A stretch of DNA of 64,000 nucleotides, taken from positions 21,762,001 through 21,826,000 of the forward strand of contig JBHGNT010000002.1 in assembly GCA_043228905.1 (NCBI GenBank), written 5' to 3'. A program made the translations under genes and the position numbers. The stretch comes from Azolla caroliniana (lineage: Eukaryota; Plantae; Polypodiophyta). Shown piece by piece: positions 1-9,862 of the stretch (its first letter is position 1; every line of letters starts with the position of its first letter). The notes below the pieces were generated by a model. It had not been told where the DNA came from. It made no database searches and saw only the letters and a list, made by a program, of their open reading frames with translations.

Positions 1-83
1 GTGCCTGTCTGGTCTTTTCTCTCCCTCTTCCTTCTGTCTCCCTCCTTTCCTATTAGTCTCTTATTTTCCTTTTCCTTCATCCC

Positions 84-1253
84 ATGGCCACCGTTAGCGC
101 TGAAGAGTATCAATCCGTTTTCTCGGAATTTCAATGCTTGAAAGAGAAGTTTCATGCTTTGGAACAAGAAAATCAACGCTTGTTGGGGGATCTTCAGCAA
201 ATTTCCTTAGAAAAGCAGCAAACGCAACAACAGCATGGGGAACTTGCGTTACGCATGCAACAACTCGAAGCAACCATCGTAGCAATGCAACAACAAGGGC
301 ACGGAGCACAAGGGATTCATAAAGAACCCAAGATTGGCCTTCCCACGAAGTTCGATGGAACGCGATCGCAGTTTAGAGGGTTTCTTAACCAGGTACGGTT
401 AGTTATTCAAATGCATCCGTCCCGATATCCCACCGATGCATCCCGAGTGGGTTTAGTAGGCACATTGTTAAATGGCTCAGCATTAGCATGGTTCGCTCCG
501 CTACTAGAAAAGGAATCTCCAGTACTAAATAATTTTGAAGAATTCATAAGTGAGTTTAAAGCATGTTTTGGAGATACTGACAGCATAAGGACTGCAATCA
601 ACAAAATCCGGCGATTACGCCAAGGTGACCGTCCAGCCTCCGCATATGCTGCAGATTTCCGCCTACTCGCCGCCGATATCCCCTGGGATGATCAAGCATT
701 GATGGAGCAGTTCCGCTATGGTCTACGCAACGATGTCAAGGATTTACTCTTGACTTTCCCTGAAGAGCCAAAATCATTAACAGAAGCAATCAGTCGAGCG
801 GTCAGATGTGACAACCGCCTCTTCGAGCGACGTTCGGAACGACAATTTCAGATGCCGAGGGCAAGATCCGAGCCTACCTATGCCTCAGTGGTAGCGAAAC
901 CTTTTCAAAGGGAGTCACATAATGCGCCTCCAGTAAGTACTCCAACTCCAATGGAAATTGACACTACACGTCGTCGTGGGCCACTATCGGAGGAGGAAAA
1001 GCAACGACGCCGAACAAACCGATTATGCCTTTATTGCGGTGGACCAGGGCATATCGCGATAAACTGTCCCCATAGACCAAGAAGGCAGGTAAACCAAGTC
1101 GTTGTTAGTTCTGACTATACTAAACCCGAGTCTATTTCAGTAGGAATCTCTGATAGTCCTCATAGTCATAATAGTCCTAATAGTACTAATAGTCCGAATC
1201 TCGCAAACAAATTTGATGTCCTTAGCCAATTAGAAGAAGAGTTAAACGACTAA
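84..1253 (+). CDS. gag: Gag of element A (retrotransposon gag domain plus CCHC zinc knuckle)
   Basis: PTKFDG..FRGF, LNGSALAWF, LRQG..A..YA..F, FRYGL, PTPMEID and CLYCGGPGHIAINC motifs. Confidence 0.95.
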   Translation: MATVSAEEYQSVFSEFQCLKEKFHALEQENQRLLGDLQQISLEKQQTQQQHGELALRMQQLEATIVAMQQQGHGAQGIHKEPKIGLPTKFDGTRSQFRGFLNQVRLVIQMHPSRYPTDASRVGLVGTLLNGSALAWFAPLLEKESPVLNNFEEFISEFKACFGDTDSIRTAINKIRRLRQGDRPASAYAADFRLLAADIPWDDQALMEQFRYGLRNDVKDLLLTFPEEPKSLTEAISRAVRCDNRLFERRSERQFQMPRARSEPTYASVVAKPFQRESHNAPPVSTPTPMEIDTTRRRGPLSEEEKQRRRTNRLCLYCGGPGHIAINCPHRPRRQVNQVVVSSDYTKPESISVGISDSPHSHNSPNSTNSPNLANKFDVLSQLEEELND

Positions 1254-1285
1254 GTCCAGCCAAAATAGGAGCCGTTTGGTTGGAC
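1241..1285 (+). promoter_or_regulatory. Programmed -1 ribosomal frameshift signal (G_TTA_AAC plus hairpin)
   Basis: Heptamer at 1241-1247 in gag phase, 6-nt spacer including the gag stop, then 11-bp stem GTCCAGCCAAA/TTTGGTTGGAC. Confidence 0.8.
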
Positions 1286-4200
1286 AGCCCTAGATCTGTG
1301 CAGCCCATTAGTGGTTCCATTCCCTCTAAGCAAGTTAGTGATGTGTTCGTAGCCCAAGTAGCAGTTAGTACTAAAAGTACCCCTCCAGTACATACCTTAG
1401 CCCTTCTAGATTCCGGAGCTAATTCTTGCTTCATGGATAGGAATTTTGCCCGAGCTCATCAGATATCTCTCAGAAAGCTCCCATGTCCAGCCTCAGTAGT
1501 AGTCATTGATGGTCGTCCCATTGCTTCTGGTAATATCATAGAAGAGTCGGAACCCGTTAATATTGTCCTAGATAACTTAACATGTGTAGTATCATTTAAT
1601 ATTATTAGTATTCCAGAACATCCCATAGTTTTAGGATTACCATGGTTCGAGTTACATAACCCAGACATAGATTGGAGGACAAGGGAAATCCGGTTGCGAC
1701 AAACCCAAGGATCTACCCAGAAGGTTGCAACCATTTCGCTACGTCAGTTGCGTGAGGAAGGGCGCAAGGAGGAAATGTTTCTCTTCGCAATATCAGTACA
1801 ACCCTCCAGCACCACCAAAGAGGAGTCCACCGTTCAACTTCCCGAGAAGTATCGTCAGTATGCTGATGTGTTCGATAAAGTACAAGCCAACACACTTCCT
1901 CATCATCGGCCGTACGATTGCGCCATCGACTTACAACCGGGAAAAGAGCCGCCATGGGGGCCGATCTACAATTTGTCACCAACCGAGCTAGAAGTCCTTC
2001 GAGCCTATATAGAGGAGAATTTGGAGAACGGTTTCATTCGGCATTCGAAATCTCCAGCCGGCGCACCCATTTTCTTCGTCAAGAAAAAAGATGGCTCGCT
2101 TCGACTCGTTGTAGATTACCGTGGCTTGAATAAGGTCACAGTAAGAAATAGGTATGCTCTTCCCCTTATCTCAAGTCTTTTAGAACGGATCAACGGTGCC
2201 AGGTTCTTCACGAAGATCGACTTACGAGGAGCCTATAACCTCGTACGGATCCGACCAGGAGATGAATGGAAGACCGCGTTTCGCACCAGATATGGGCACT
2301 TCGAGTATACGGTCATGCCGTTCGGACTCACTAATGCGCCGGCAGTCTTCCAGCACATGGCGAATGATATATTTCGAGATCTCTTGGATGATTTTTTGAT
2401 CATCTATTTGGATGATCTACTGGTTTATTCAAAGACCCAAGAAGAACATGATTCTCATGTACTATTAGTACTAAAACGACTTCGAGAACATGGTCTGTAT
2501 GCAAAGTTAGAGAAATGTAGTTTCGGGTGCAACCAAGTAGAGTTTCTCAGCTATGTCATCTCCTCAGAAGGCATATCTATGGACCCAGCCAAGGTCAAAA
2601 CGGTGATAGAATGGCACACTCCGCGTTCGGTGCGGGATGTGCAATGCTTCCTAGGCTTTGCAAATTTTTACCGGAAGTTCATACAAAATTACTCAAAAAT
2701 TGTGCTGCCTCTCACACAGCTCACCAGGAAGGGACAATCATTCACTTGGTCTAAAGAGACGGACATGGCTTTCGAGAGTCTTAAGAAGGCGTTTACATCA
2801 GCTCCAATTTTAGGTCATGTGGATCCGGAAAAACCATTCATTATCGAAGCTGACGCATCGGATTTCGCATTGGGGAGCATTCTGTCACAACAGGGTAACG
2901 ACGAGAAGCTACATCCTGTGGCTTTCCACTCCCGTAAGTTTGACGCCGCCGAAATCAACTACGAAATTCATGATAAAGAGCTATTAGCAATAGTTGATTC
3001 TTTTATGCAATGGAGGCATTTCCTGGAGGGATCTCCTCATCAGGTCACTGTATTCAGTGACCACAAGAACCTTGCCTACTTTCAAGATGCTCGTGTACTG
3101 AATCGACGTCAAGCTCGATGGGCTCACTTCCTCACACGCTTCGACTTCAAAATTACATATCGTCCGGGGAAGCACCAAGGGAAGGCAGATGCATTATCAC
3201 GGCGTTCGTATCTAACACCACGTCCCGGTGAGCCAGCTTTCGATAACCAGAAGCAAGTAATCTTGGGTCCAGCACGACTGCAAGCAGCACAGGTCTTTGA
3301 CATGCCCGTGGATTCCGACATTACCAATACTATACGTGAAGACTTGAAGACTGACGCTTTCGCCCAAGCTATACTAGCACAAATTGACCCCTCTCGAGCG
3401 TCATGTTCACAATCACAATCACCAGGTACGGATTATCGGCAATTCAAATACTGTGATGGATTACTCTTCTTTAAAGAACTTTTGTATGTTCCTAATGGTT
3501 CTTGCCGTCTTCGAGTAGTACAAAACTGCCATGACACATATACAGCAGGACATTTTGGTAGTACTAAAACATTAGATTTAGTACAACGATCATTCTGGTG
3601 GCCCCGTATGCGACAATTTGTCGAAGATTTTGTTCGGACTTGCGATACATGCTGCAGAGCGAAAATGCCAAGACATCATCCATATGGTTTATTAGAACCA
3701 TTACCAATTCCAAGCAAGCCATGGCAATCCATTGCTCTTGACTTCATTACAGATCTTCCAGTCTCTAAGGGATTCAGTGCGATTCTCACAGTGGTGGATC
3801 GATATACGAAGATGGCTCATTTCTTACCATGTACTAAAGAAATATCTAGTGAAGACACCGCCGAAATTGTCATGCGGGAAGTATGTCGGCATCATGGACT
3901 CCCTGATAATATCATCAGCGATCGTGGACCCCAGTTTGTGTCAAAATTCTGGAAGCACCTTTTTAAAATGCTGAAGGTCACTTGTAACCTCTCCTCCGGC
4001 TACCACCCACAATCCGACGGTCAAGCCGAACGAACAAATCAAACACTGGAGCAGTATCTGCGGTGCTTTCTCAACTATCATCAAAATGACTGGGCAGATA
4101 TTCTTCAGTTCGCCGAATTTGCCTATAATAACGCTATCCACGCATCGACTAAAGTCACGCCATTCTACGCTTATACAGGATATCATCCCCGGTGGTGTGT

Positions 4201-4837
4201 CCTTGAAACCCCAGAAGTGTCCACAAATCCTTGCGCGGAGGATCGTTTGGAGCGGTTACGCAAGATACAAGCGGATTTATCTACTCAACTCCAGCAAGCT
4301 CAACAATCACACAAGGACTACGCAGATCGTCATCGACTTCCATCCAGTTTTAACATTGGAGATCGGGTGTGGCTGCTACGACGACACATCAAGACTACTC
4401 GCCCATGTGAGAAGTTGGATTATCGGCGATTAGGTCCTTTCCGTATTATCGGGAAGATTAATGATGTCGCTTTCCGTCTCGAGCTACCTCCGCAACTTCG
4501 GATACATCCGGTGTTTCATAGTTCTCTCCTCGAACCCTATCACGAGAGCACTATCCCAGGACATACTATACAACCACCACCTCCTATCGAGCTCGAAGAT
4601 GGACCTGAGTATGAGGTCGCTGCCATCCTCGATTCCAAGATTGTTCGCAACAAGCTCTACTATCTAGTCGATTGGCTAGGATATAGTCCCAGCGAGCGTA
4701 CTTGGGAACCGATCGAGAATGTGACCAATGCTCGTGCTCTTCTAGAAGACTTCCATCGACGATATCCCGAGAAACCGGGTCCTCAATCCAAAACGACTCG
4801 TGGAACTCGTCGTTTTAAAGGGGGGATAGTGTCATAA
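1241..4837 (+). CDS. pol: Pol of element A (protease-RT-RNase H-integrase-chromodomain), in the -1 frame relative to gag
   Basis: ALLDSGA, KIDLRGAY, MPFGL, YLDD, EADASD, HHCC zinc finger, SDRGPQF, YHPQSDGQAER, GPF and chromodomain EYEVAAILD..YLVDWLGY..TWEP. The frame is open back to the slippery site at 1241. Confidence 0.95.
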   Translation, partial: VKRLSPAKIGAVWLDSPRSVQPISGSIPSKQVSDVFVAQVAVSTKSTPPVHTLALLDSGANSCFMDRNFARAHQISLRKLPCPASVVVIDGRPIASGNIIEESEPVNIVLDNLTCVVSFNIISIPEHPIVLGLPWFELHNPDIDWRTREIRLRQTQGSTQKVATISLRQLREEGRKEEMFLFAISVQPSSTTKEESTVQLPEKYRQYADVFDKVQANTLPHHRPYDCAIDLQPGKEPPWGPIYNLSPTELEVLRAYIEENLENGFIRHSKSPAGAPIFFVKKKDGSLRLVVDYRGLNKVTVRNRYALPLISSLLERINGARFFTKIDLRGAYNLVRIRPGDEWKTAFRTRYGHFEYTVMPFGLTNAPAVFQHMANDIFRDLLDDFLIIYLDDLLVYSKTQEEHDSHVLLVLKRLREHGLYAKLEKCSFGCNQVEFLSYVISSEGISMDPAKVKTVIEWHTPRSVRDVQCFLGFANFYRKFIQNYSKIVLPLTQLTRKGQSFTWSKETDMAFESLKKAFTSAPILGHVDPEKPFIIEADASDFALGSILSQQGNDEKLHPVAFHSRKFDAAEINYEIHDKELLAIVDSFMQWRHFLEGSPHQVTVFSDHKNLAYFQDARVLNRRQARWAHFLTRFDFKITYRPGKHQGKADALSRRSYLTPRPGEPAFDNQKQVILGPARLQAAQVFDMPVDSDITNTIREDLKTDAFAQAILAQIDPSRASCSQSQSPGTDYRQFKYCDGLLFFKELLYVPNGSCRLRVVQNCHDTYTAGHFGSTKTLDLVQRSFWWPRMRQFVEDFVRTCDTCCRAKMPRHHPYGLLEPLPIPSKPWQSIALDFITDLPVSKGFSAILTVVDRYTKMAHFLPCTKEISSEDTAEIVMREVCRHHGLPDNIISDRGPQFVSKFWKHLFKMLKVTCNLSSGYHPQSDGQAERTNQTLEQYLRCFLNYHQNDWADILQFAEFAYNNAIHASTKVTPFYAYTGYHPRWCVLETPEVSTNPCAEDRLERLRKIQADLSTQLQQAQQSHKDYADRHRLPSSFNIGDRVWLLRRHIKTTRPCEKLDYRRLGPFRIIGKINDVAFRLELPPQLRIHPVFHSSLLEPYHESTIPGHTIQPPPPIELEDGPEYEVAAILDSKIVRNKLYYLVDWLGYSPSERTWEPIENVTNARALLEDFHRRYPEKPGPQSKTTRGTRRFKGGIVS

Positions 4838-5119
4838 CTAGACTCGAACCCATAACCTTTTGTTACACGGGTCGAGACTTTACCATTAGGTTATGAATTG
4901 TAATTTGAAGGATATTATTTTCATTTAGGTTTTATTGGGAAATTGATGTATATTCCAGATTTCTCTGGAACATTCTAGAAACTTCAGGAGTATTCCTGAA
5001 GACACTATAAAAGGAGGCGCAAGGCATTAGTTCGAACCAAATCGGTTCAACGCCAGTCTTAAGCCTTCTAACTACTGTTGTATATCTTCCTTCATATAAT
5101 ACATATATCTTTCGCATCA

Positions 5120-5157
<38 letters not shown>

Positions 5158-5290
5158 ACTCATTCCTTCTCTCAAAGTTCGACACCTCTCATAGTACTAA
5201 TCCTTCTCTGTCTTAGTACTATTCCCCGACAATAGTACTAATCCTTCTTTTAGTACTAATTCCTTCTCTGCCTTAATAGAGTTCCTGACA
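4830..5290 (+). repeat. 3' LTR of element A
   Basis: Follows the PPT; TGTCA...TGACA termini; TATAAAA near 5006; CT microsatellite. Confidence 0.88.
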
Positions 5291-5416
5291 GGTGCTAGAC
5301 AACGGTTCGGCCTACGCGAGGGTCAAAAGCCAGGACGGGCGCCATTCGGTCCAATTTCTGACGGTGCGACCAAACCACGAGCGGAACCGCGAATCCCTCG
5401 GTGGCGAGAACCGGGA

Positions 5417-7209
5417 GGATTTTTAGAGAGGGCTGCCAAGGTGTGGGGCCGAGACAGTCCGGACACTTGGGAAAGACCCCACAGCTGTACGATAAAACCG
5501 AAACCGAAGAAACCCTGTACGATAAGTAAAAAATTTTGCTTCTCCGACAACGGAGGGTGTATGTTAGTCGGCATCGTTGGCCGAGAAAAGGCAAGGGCGG
5601 AAGTGTGACTTCGAGCGTGCGGAGTTCTCGGCCCGGACGAGGAAATCAGCGGAGCCGTGGAGGCGGTCTCCTTCGACGACACCTTGGGAATGCTGAGGAA
5701 GGTAGCCGGAGAAGACCTTAACGAAGACCGAACGATACCGGTATGTTCCGAAGAGATGTACGAAGTCATCGCGAACTTCAGTCAGGGGCTCGGGTCGGAT
5801 CGGACGGCCCGAGTTAGCACGAAGTACAAGACTGTGGACCGGAAGGTAAGGCCAGTCGCGGCACCCTTACCGGAGGACAGCGAGTCCCGAATCAGAGGGG
5901 TTGCGTCGGACCCCAGTTTACGAGATTCGGCCTGCATAGGACACACCTTCACCGACGGGACGCTCCGGGAGCTCAAAATCGGTAGGGGCGGGTTCCTACT
6001 GCCGGCGGAGGAAGACCGGTTTCGGAGAATGCTCGGAAGGCACGGAAAAGCCTTCGCATTCTCACCGGAAGAGATCGGGTGCGTAGACCCGACGATCGTG
6101 GAGCCGATGGTGATATTCACGGTACCGCATGTGCCGTGGAATCTCAAGCCGATTCCAGTACCGAGAGCTCACATCCTGGAGTTGATGGAGCTACTGAGGC
6201 AGAAAGTCGATATGGGTATTCTCAAACCGATGGTTTACCGTACCAAAGAAAAACAGAACATTGCGCTTCATTCAGGACCTGCAGCCGGCCAACAGAGTGA
6301 CCATTCGGAACGCAGGAATCGGACCGACCATAGACGAGTTCGCGGAGGCCTTCGCCGGAAGGTCGATTTACTCGGTCAGTGATCTGTACTCGGGGTACGA
6401 CCAGTTCCAGCTAGTCGTGGAGAGCAGAGACATTACGACGATGCGAACTCCCCTCGGCCTAGTGCGAATGTGTACCCTGCCACAAGGAGGGACCAACTCG
6501 GTGGCCCACATGGTGAATGCAATGAACAAGGTACTGAGGGATTGCATCCCGGACATCACCATGCCATTTCTGGACGACATCCCGATAAAGGGGTGCCCGG
6601 TGGAAGAGAAGGACGAGATAGTCGGGCCGGACGGATGCCGGCGATTCGTGGCAACACACATCGATGACTGCGAGAAGGTGCTACAAAGGCTAGAGGATGC
6701 GAGGTTTACCTTCTCCGGGGAGAAATCGGCCTTCGGGCAATCAGAAATCCTGGAGGTCGGACACCTGTGTGGACCGTATGGCCGGAAGCCGTCTCCGGCA
6801 AAAGTAGAAGCCATCTCCGCGATGAAGGCCGACTGTAGCTCGGTTACGGAAGTTCGGAGGTTCCTGGGGGCATGCGCGTTCTACCACATATGGATCCCGC
6901 ATTACGCCCACGTTGCGGAGCCGCTATACGGGTTGCTGAAGAAGGGGCGAAAATTCGAGTGGCGAGACGAGCACACGGAGTCGGTCCGGAAGCTAAAGGA
7001 AGCTCTTGCGGCAGCACCGGCGCTCCGGAAGGTTGTCTAAGAAGGGTACCCCGGTATACATAACGGTGGATACGAGCCCGACCGGGATCGGATGGGTCGT
7101 CAACCAAGAAGACGAGGACGGCACCAAGTTCCCGATCCGATTCGGCGCAAAGGTCCTCAGTGAGCGACAGCGAGGGTACGCCCAGGTTAAACGCGAACTC
7201 TGGGGTATC
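5417..7209 (+). pseudogene. pol: Element B pol, RT and start of RNase H
   Basis: ORF pieces 5657-6382, 6261-7040 and 7006-7278 join with frameshifts. There is an in-frame TGA near 5605 and a short deletion near 6225. Confidence 0.88.
7085..7209 (+). repeat. 125-bp direct duplication, left copy (right copy 11076-11200), flanking the PLE
   Basis: GGATCGGATGGGTCG...TGGGGTATC occurs twice; one substitution seen (CACCAAG vs CACCCAG). Confidence 0.95.
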
Positions 7210-7386
7210 TTACTAGGACCAAATGGTCGAAACAAGGAGTGCGTAGAGATAGGCACAAGACGATTAGAGGGTGCTTAAGCTAAACAAGAGAAAGTAGGCA
7301 ACATACACTAATGAGAGAGAGAGAGAGAGAGAGAGAGATGTTTTTAATTCAAAGAGGGAGAGATGTTTTAAATTCAAAGAGGGTGG

Positions 7387-7441
7387 TGGTCTTAGGCAAA
7401 CTAGTTTCGCTCAATAGTGGAGCTCTTCAGTGCAAAGACCA
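7387..7441 (-). ncRNA. Minimal type I hammerhead ribozyme
   Basis: Minus strand reads TGGTCTTTGCA-CTGAAGA-GCTC-CACTATT-GAGC-GAAAC-TA-GTT-TGCCTAAGACCA: CUGANGA and GAAA boxes, 4-bp stem II, palindromic minimal stem III, paired stem I. Confidence 0.82.
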
Positions 7442-7555
7442 TTACAACAAGAGAATGTGATTTATAAAGGGGTGGGAAGGAAGAGGGAGTGAGAGAAAAA
7501 GGAGTGGGGAGGATTTGATTTGTGTAGTAGATGAGAGAGAATAGAATGTGGTGAT

Positions 7556-7610
<55 letters not shown>

Positions 7611-7713
7611 GTGTGTAGGAAAGTGATAGGGAATGAGAGAAGGGAAATTAGTATAATGATGATGGTGAGGGGGGAGTTTTTAATGTGATGAAAAAGGGGG
7701 ATTTGGGATAATA

Positions 7714-7913
7714 TTAAGTGGGGGATGTGGGTGAATTATTTGAAAACTTAGTGTTAAGTGGGGGATTTGGGTGGATTGTTTGAAACTTTAGTCTTAAGTG
7801 GGGGATTTGGGTGGATTGTTTGAAAATTTAGTCTTAAGTGGGGGATTTTGGTGGATTGTTTGAAAACTTAGTTTTAAGTGGGGGATTTTGGTGGATTTTT
7901 TGAAAACTTGGTC
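7714..7913. repeat. Five copies of a 40-bp tandem repeat derived from the PLE RT C-terminus and stop codon
   Basis: Units start at 7714, 7754, 7794, 7834 and 7874 (TTAAGTGGGGGATTTGGGTGGATTGTTTGAAAACTTAGTC-like). Confidence 0.92.
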
Positions 7914-9862
7914 TTAACTAGGAGGGCATGTAAGGACTTAGATTTTGTCCAACATACGAAAGGGCGTGAGATGCTTGTAAGCTCGGGATCTAACATTAAG
8001 TCATTATAGAGATTTTTTAGAAAACTATGAATGCCTAGTTTTGGGGTATGTTTGGTGTATCTAAGTTTAAAGATTGTGGGGTTAAGGGAAGTAATAGTTT
8101 TGGGTTGATATAGGAGTGTTTTTCTAAGACTAAAAGGTATTTTCTTATAGCTTTTTAGTATAAAGGATGGAGGGTAACCACGGTTAACTAGTCTATTGAA
8201 AAAGAGTTTTTTCATTTGGTAGAAACCTAATGGGGTGCTTTCTCTAATAAGATATCTCTTCACTTCATTAGTGATAAAGTGTTGTTTCGTATGGGAAGGA
8301 TGATCCGATGAAAAAGGCAAGTATTGGTATGAATTGAGAGGTTTTTGAAAACAATTAAATAAGAAAGATGAATTTTCGAGGTTGATCCATATGTCTAAAA
8401 AAGGTAGCCGAAAGGGGGAAGTTTGAATGGTAAGCTTGATGGAGTTATTTGTGTGTGAAGGGTAAAAGTCGAGATATTCTAAAAGTTGAGATTTGGTGCC
8501 TGTCCAGACCCCAAATGCATCATCAATATAGCGGGTGAAGTAGAAGAGATGGGGGGGCGATGGTTGTAAGTTTTCGAGATATACTAAAAAGAGGCATGCA
8601 TATACGACTGAAAAGTTGCTACCCATGGCCGTACCTTTTATTTGTTGGTAAACTACGTCATCGAAAGTGAGATAGTGATATTCTAAAATAAGGGCACTAA
8701 GGGTATAGATGAGATTTGTTTTCGAAGGGGAAAAGTGGGGGGTGATTAGACTACGTAGGGCTTGGAGTCCTAACTTAGGGGGGATACTAGGATAGAGAGA
8801 TTCAACGTCAAACGTGAATAAGAAACTATTAGATGGTGGGTGTAGGTTTTCTAGTGATTGGATTAGTGTGTGAGAGTCTTTTAGATATTGTGGTTGGAGA
8901 AGGAGGATTGGTAAAAGTTGGTGGTGTAACCACTTTGATGTTTGTTCAAATAAGGAGTTATTATATGAACAAATGGGCCGGAAACCCATAGGTGTTTTGT
9001 GTAATTTAGGGAGGAAATAGAGGTTGGATACTTGATATCCTTTTTTGGGTTTGTGGAGGATGAAATTAGCTTCAATTGGGGAAAGTGTACCTAAGTGGTT
9101 TGTTATTATGTTATTAAGGCGGTATAGTAACTCTTCCAAGGGGAAGTGGCTGACTCTCTTATAGGTGGTAGAATTTGAGAGGTGTTCTATGGCTTTGGTG
9201 TAGTATGTGTCTTTATCTAGAACACATACTCCCATATTTTTATCGGCTGGGAGGATGATAATGTGTTTGTTGTGTTGGAGGCTTTTAAAGGCTCTAGAGA
9301 GGTGGTATGGGATTCTAGTGTTTATGGGTTTAGTGTTGTGTGCTATTTGGTTAAGGATGTGTTGGTGTTTTTCTATTATGGAGACTAGGGGTGGATATTC
9401 TGTGGGTGGCATCCAACTAGGGTTAGGTAGTTTGAAGGGGTTGAGAGGAAGTGAAGGTGTATTTCTAAAAAAATGTTTTAGCTTGAGGGATCTCGAGAGG
9501 TGGGTGAATTCTTTTAGGATATTGTTGGGTGAGGGAGGTGGGGATGGTAGGATATACTTAAGGCCTAGGTTTAGCAATTGTGTTTCATTTTTAGTGAGGT
9601 TATGTTTAGAGAGGTTATGGATTTTACTATGAATTACTTGTGTACTAGTAAGAGGTTTCCAGAAGTTGGTTCTAGGTTTTTTATTTCGGGATTTGGGGTG
9701 TGAAAGGAAGGGAAATAGTTTCTGTTTTCCCCCAAACCACATATATGTGTCTTGGGTGGAGGGGGATCTATTAAGTAGGTAGAATAAACGTTTGCTAGGG
9801 TGTACGACGTGTCTAAACCGTTTGTTAACGCGTTTAGCACGCCTAGCTAACCGTTTTTTGGT
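7874..9862 (-). CDS. Penelope-like reverse transcriptase (first ATG at 9742; frame open from 9862)
   Basis: HNLS..LT..E..LL.LGLKY, ILPADKNMG, LYFLPKLHK, RPICS, TFDVESLYPSI, QIKGTAMGS, RYIDD, LPFLD, KP...YQYL.F.S.HP and RGYP motifs. The ORF stops shortly after the SLHALLV linker. Confidence 0.92.
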   Translation of the reverse strand, partial: TKKRLARRAKRVNKRFRHVVHPSKRLFYLLNRSPSTQDTYMWFGGKQKLFPFLSHPKSRNKKPRTNFWKPLTSTQVIHSKIHNLSKHNLTKNETQLLNLGLKYILPSPPPSPNNILKEFTHLSRSLKLKHFFRNTPSLPLNPFKLPNPSWMPPTEYPPLVSIIEKHQHILNQIAHNTKPINTRIPYHLSRAFKSLQHNKHIIILPADKNMGVCVLDKDTYYTKAIEHLSNSTTYKRVSHFPLEELLYRLNNIITNHLGTLSPIEANFILHKPKKGYQVSNLYFLPKLHKTPMGFRPICSYNNSLFEQTSKWLHHQLLPILLLQPQYLKDSHTLIQSLENLHPPSNSFLFTFDVESLYPSIPPKLGLQALRSLITPHFSPSKTNLIYTLSALILEYHYLTFDDVVYQQIKGTAMGSNFSVVYACLFLVYLENLQPSPPHLFYFTRYIDDAFGVWTGTKSQLLEYLDFYPSHTNNSIKLTIQTSPFRLPFLDIWINLENSSFLFNCFQKPLNSYQYLPFSSDHPSHTKQHFITNEVKRYLIRESTPLGFYQMKKLFFNRLVNRGYPPSFILKSYKKIPFSLRKTLLYQPKTITSLNPTIFKLRYTKHTPKLGIHSFLKNLYNDLMLDPELTSISRPFVCWTKSKSLHALLVKTKFSKNPPKSPT

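Larger units (their letters stand above)
1..5290 (+). mobile_element. Element A: Ty3/gypsy chromovirus (Tcn1/Tf1/sushi-like) with intact coding region; 5' LTR lies upstream of the window; inserted into element B
   Basis: gag and pol ORFs have no internal stops. PPT AAAGGGGGGATAG is followed by an LTR bounded by TGTCA...TGACA. Sequence after 5290 resumes in the protease-region ORF of element B. Confidence 0.95.
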
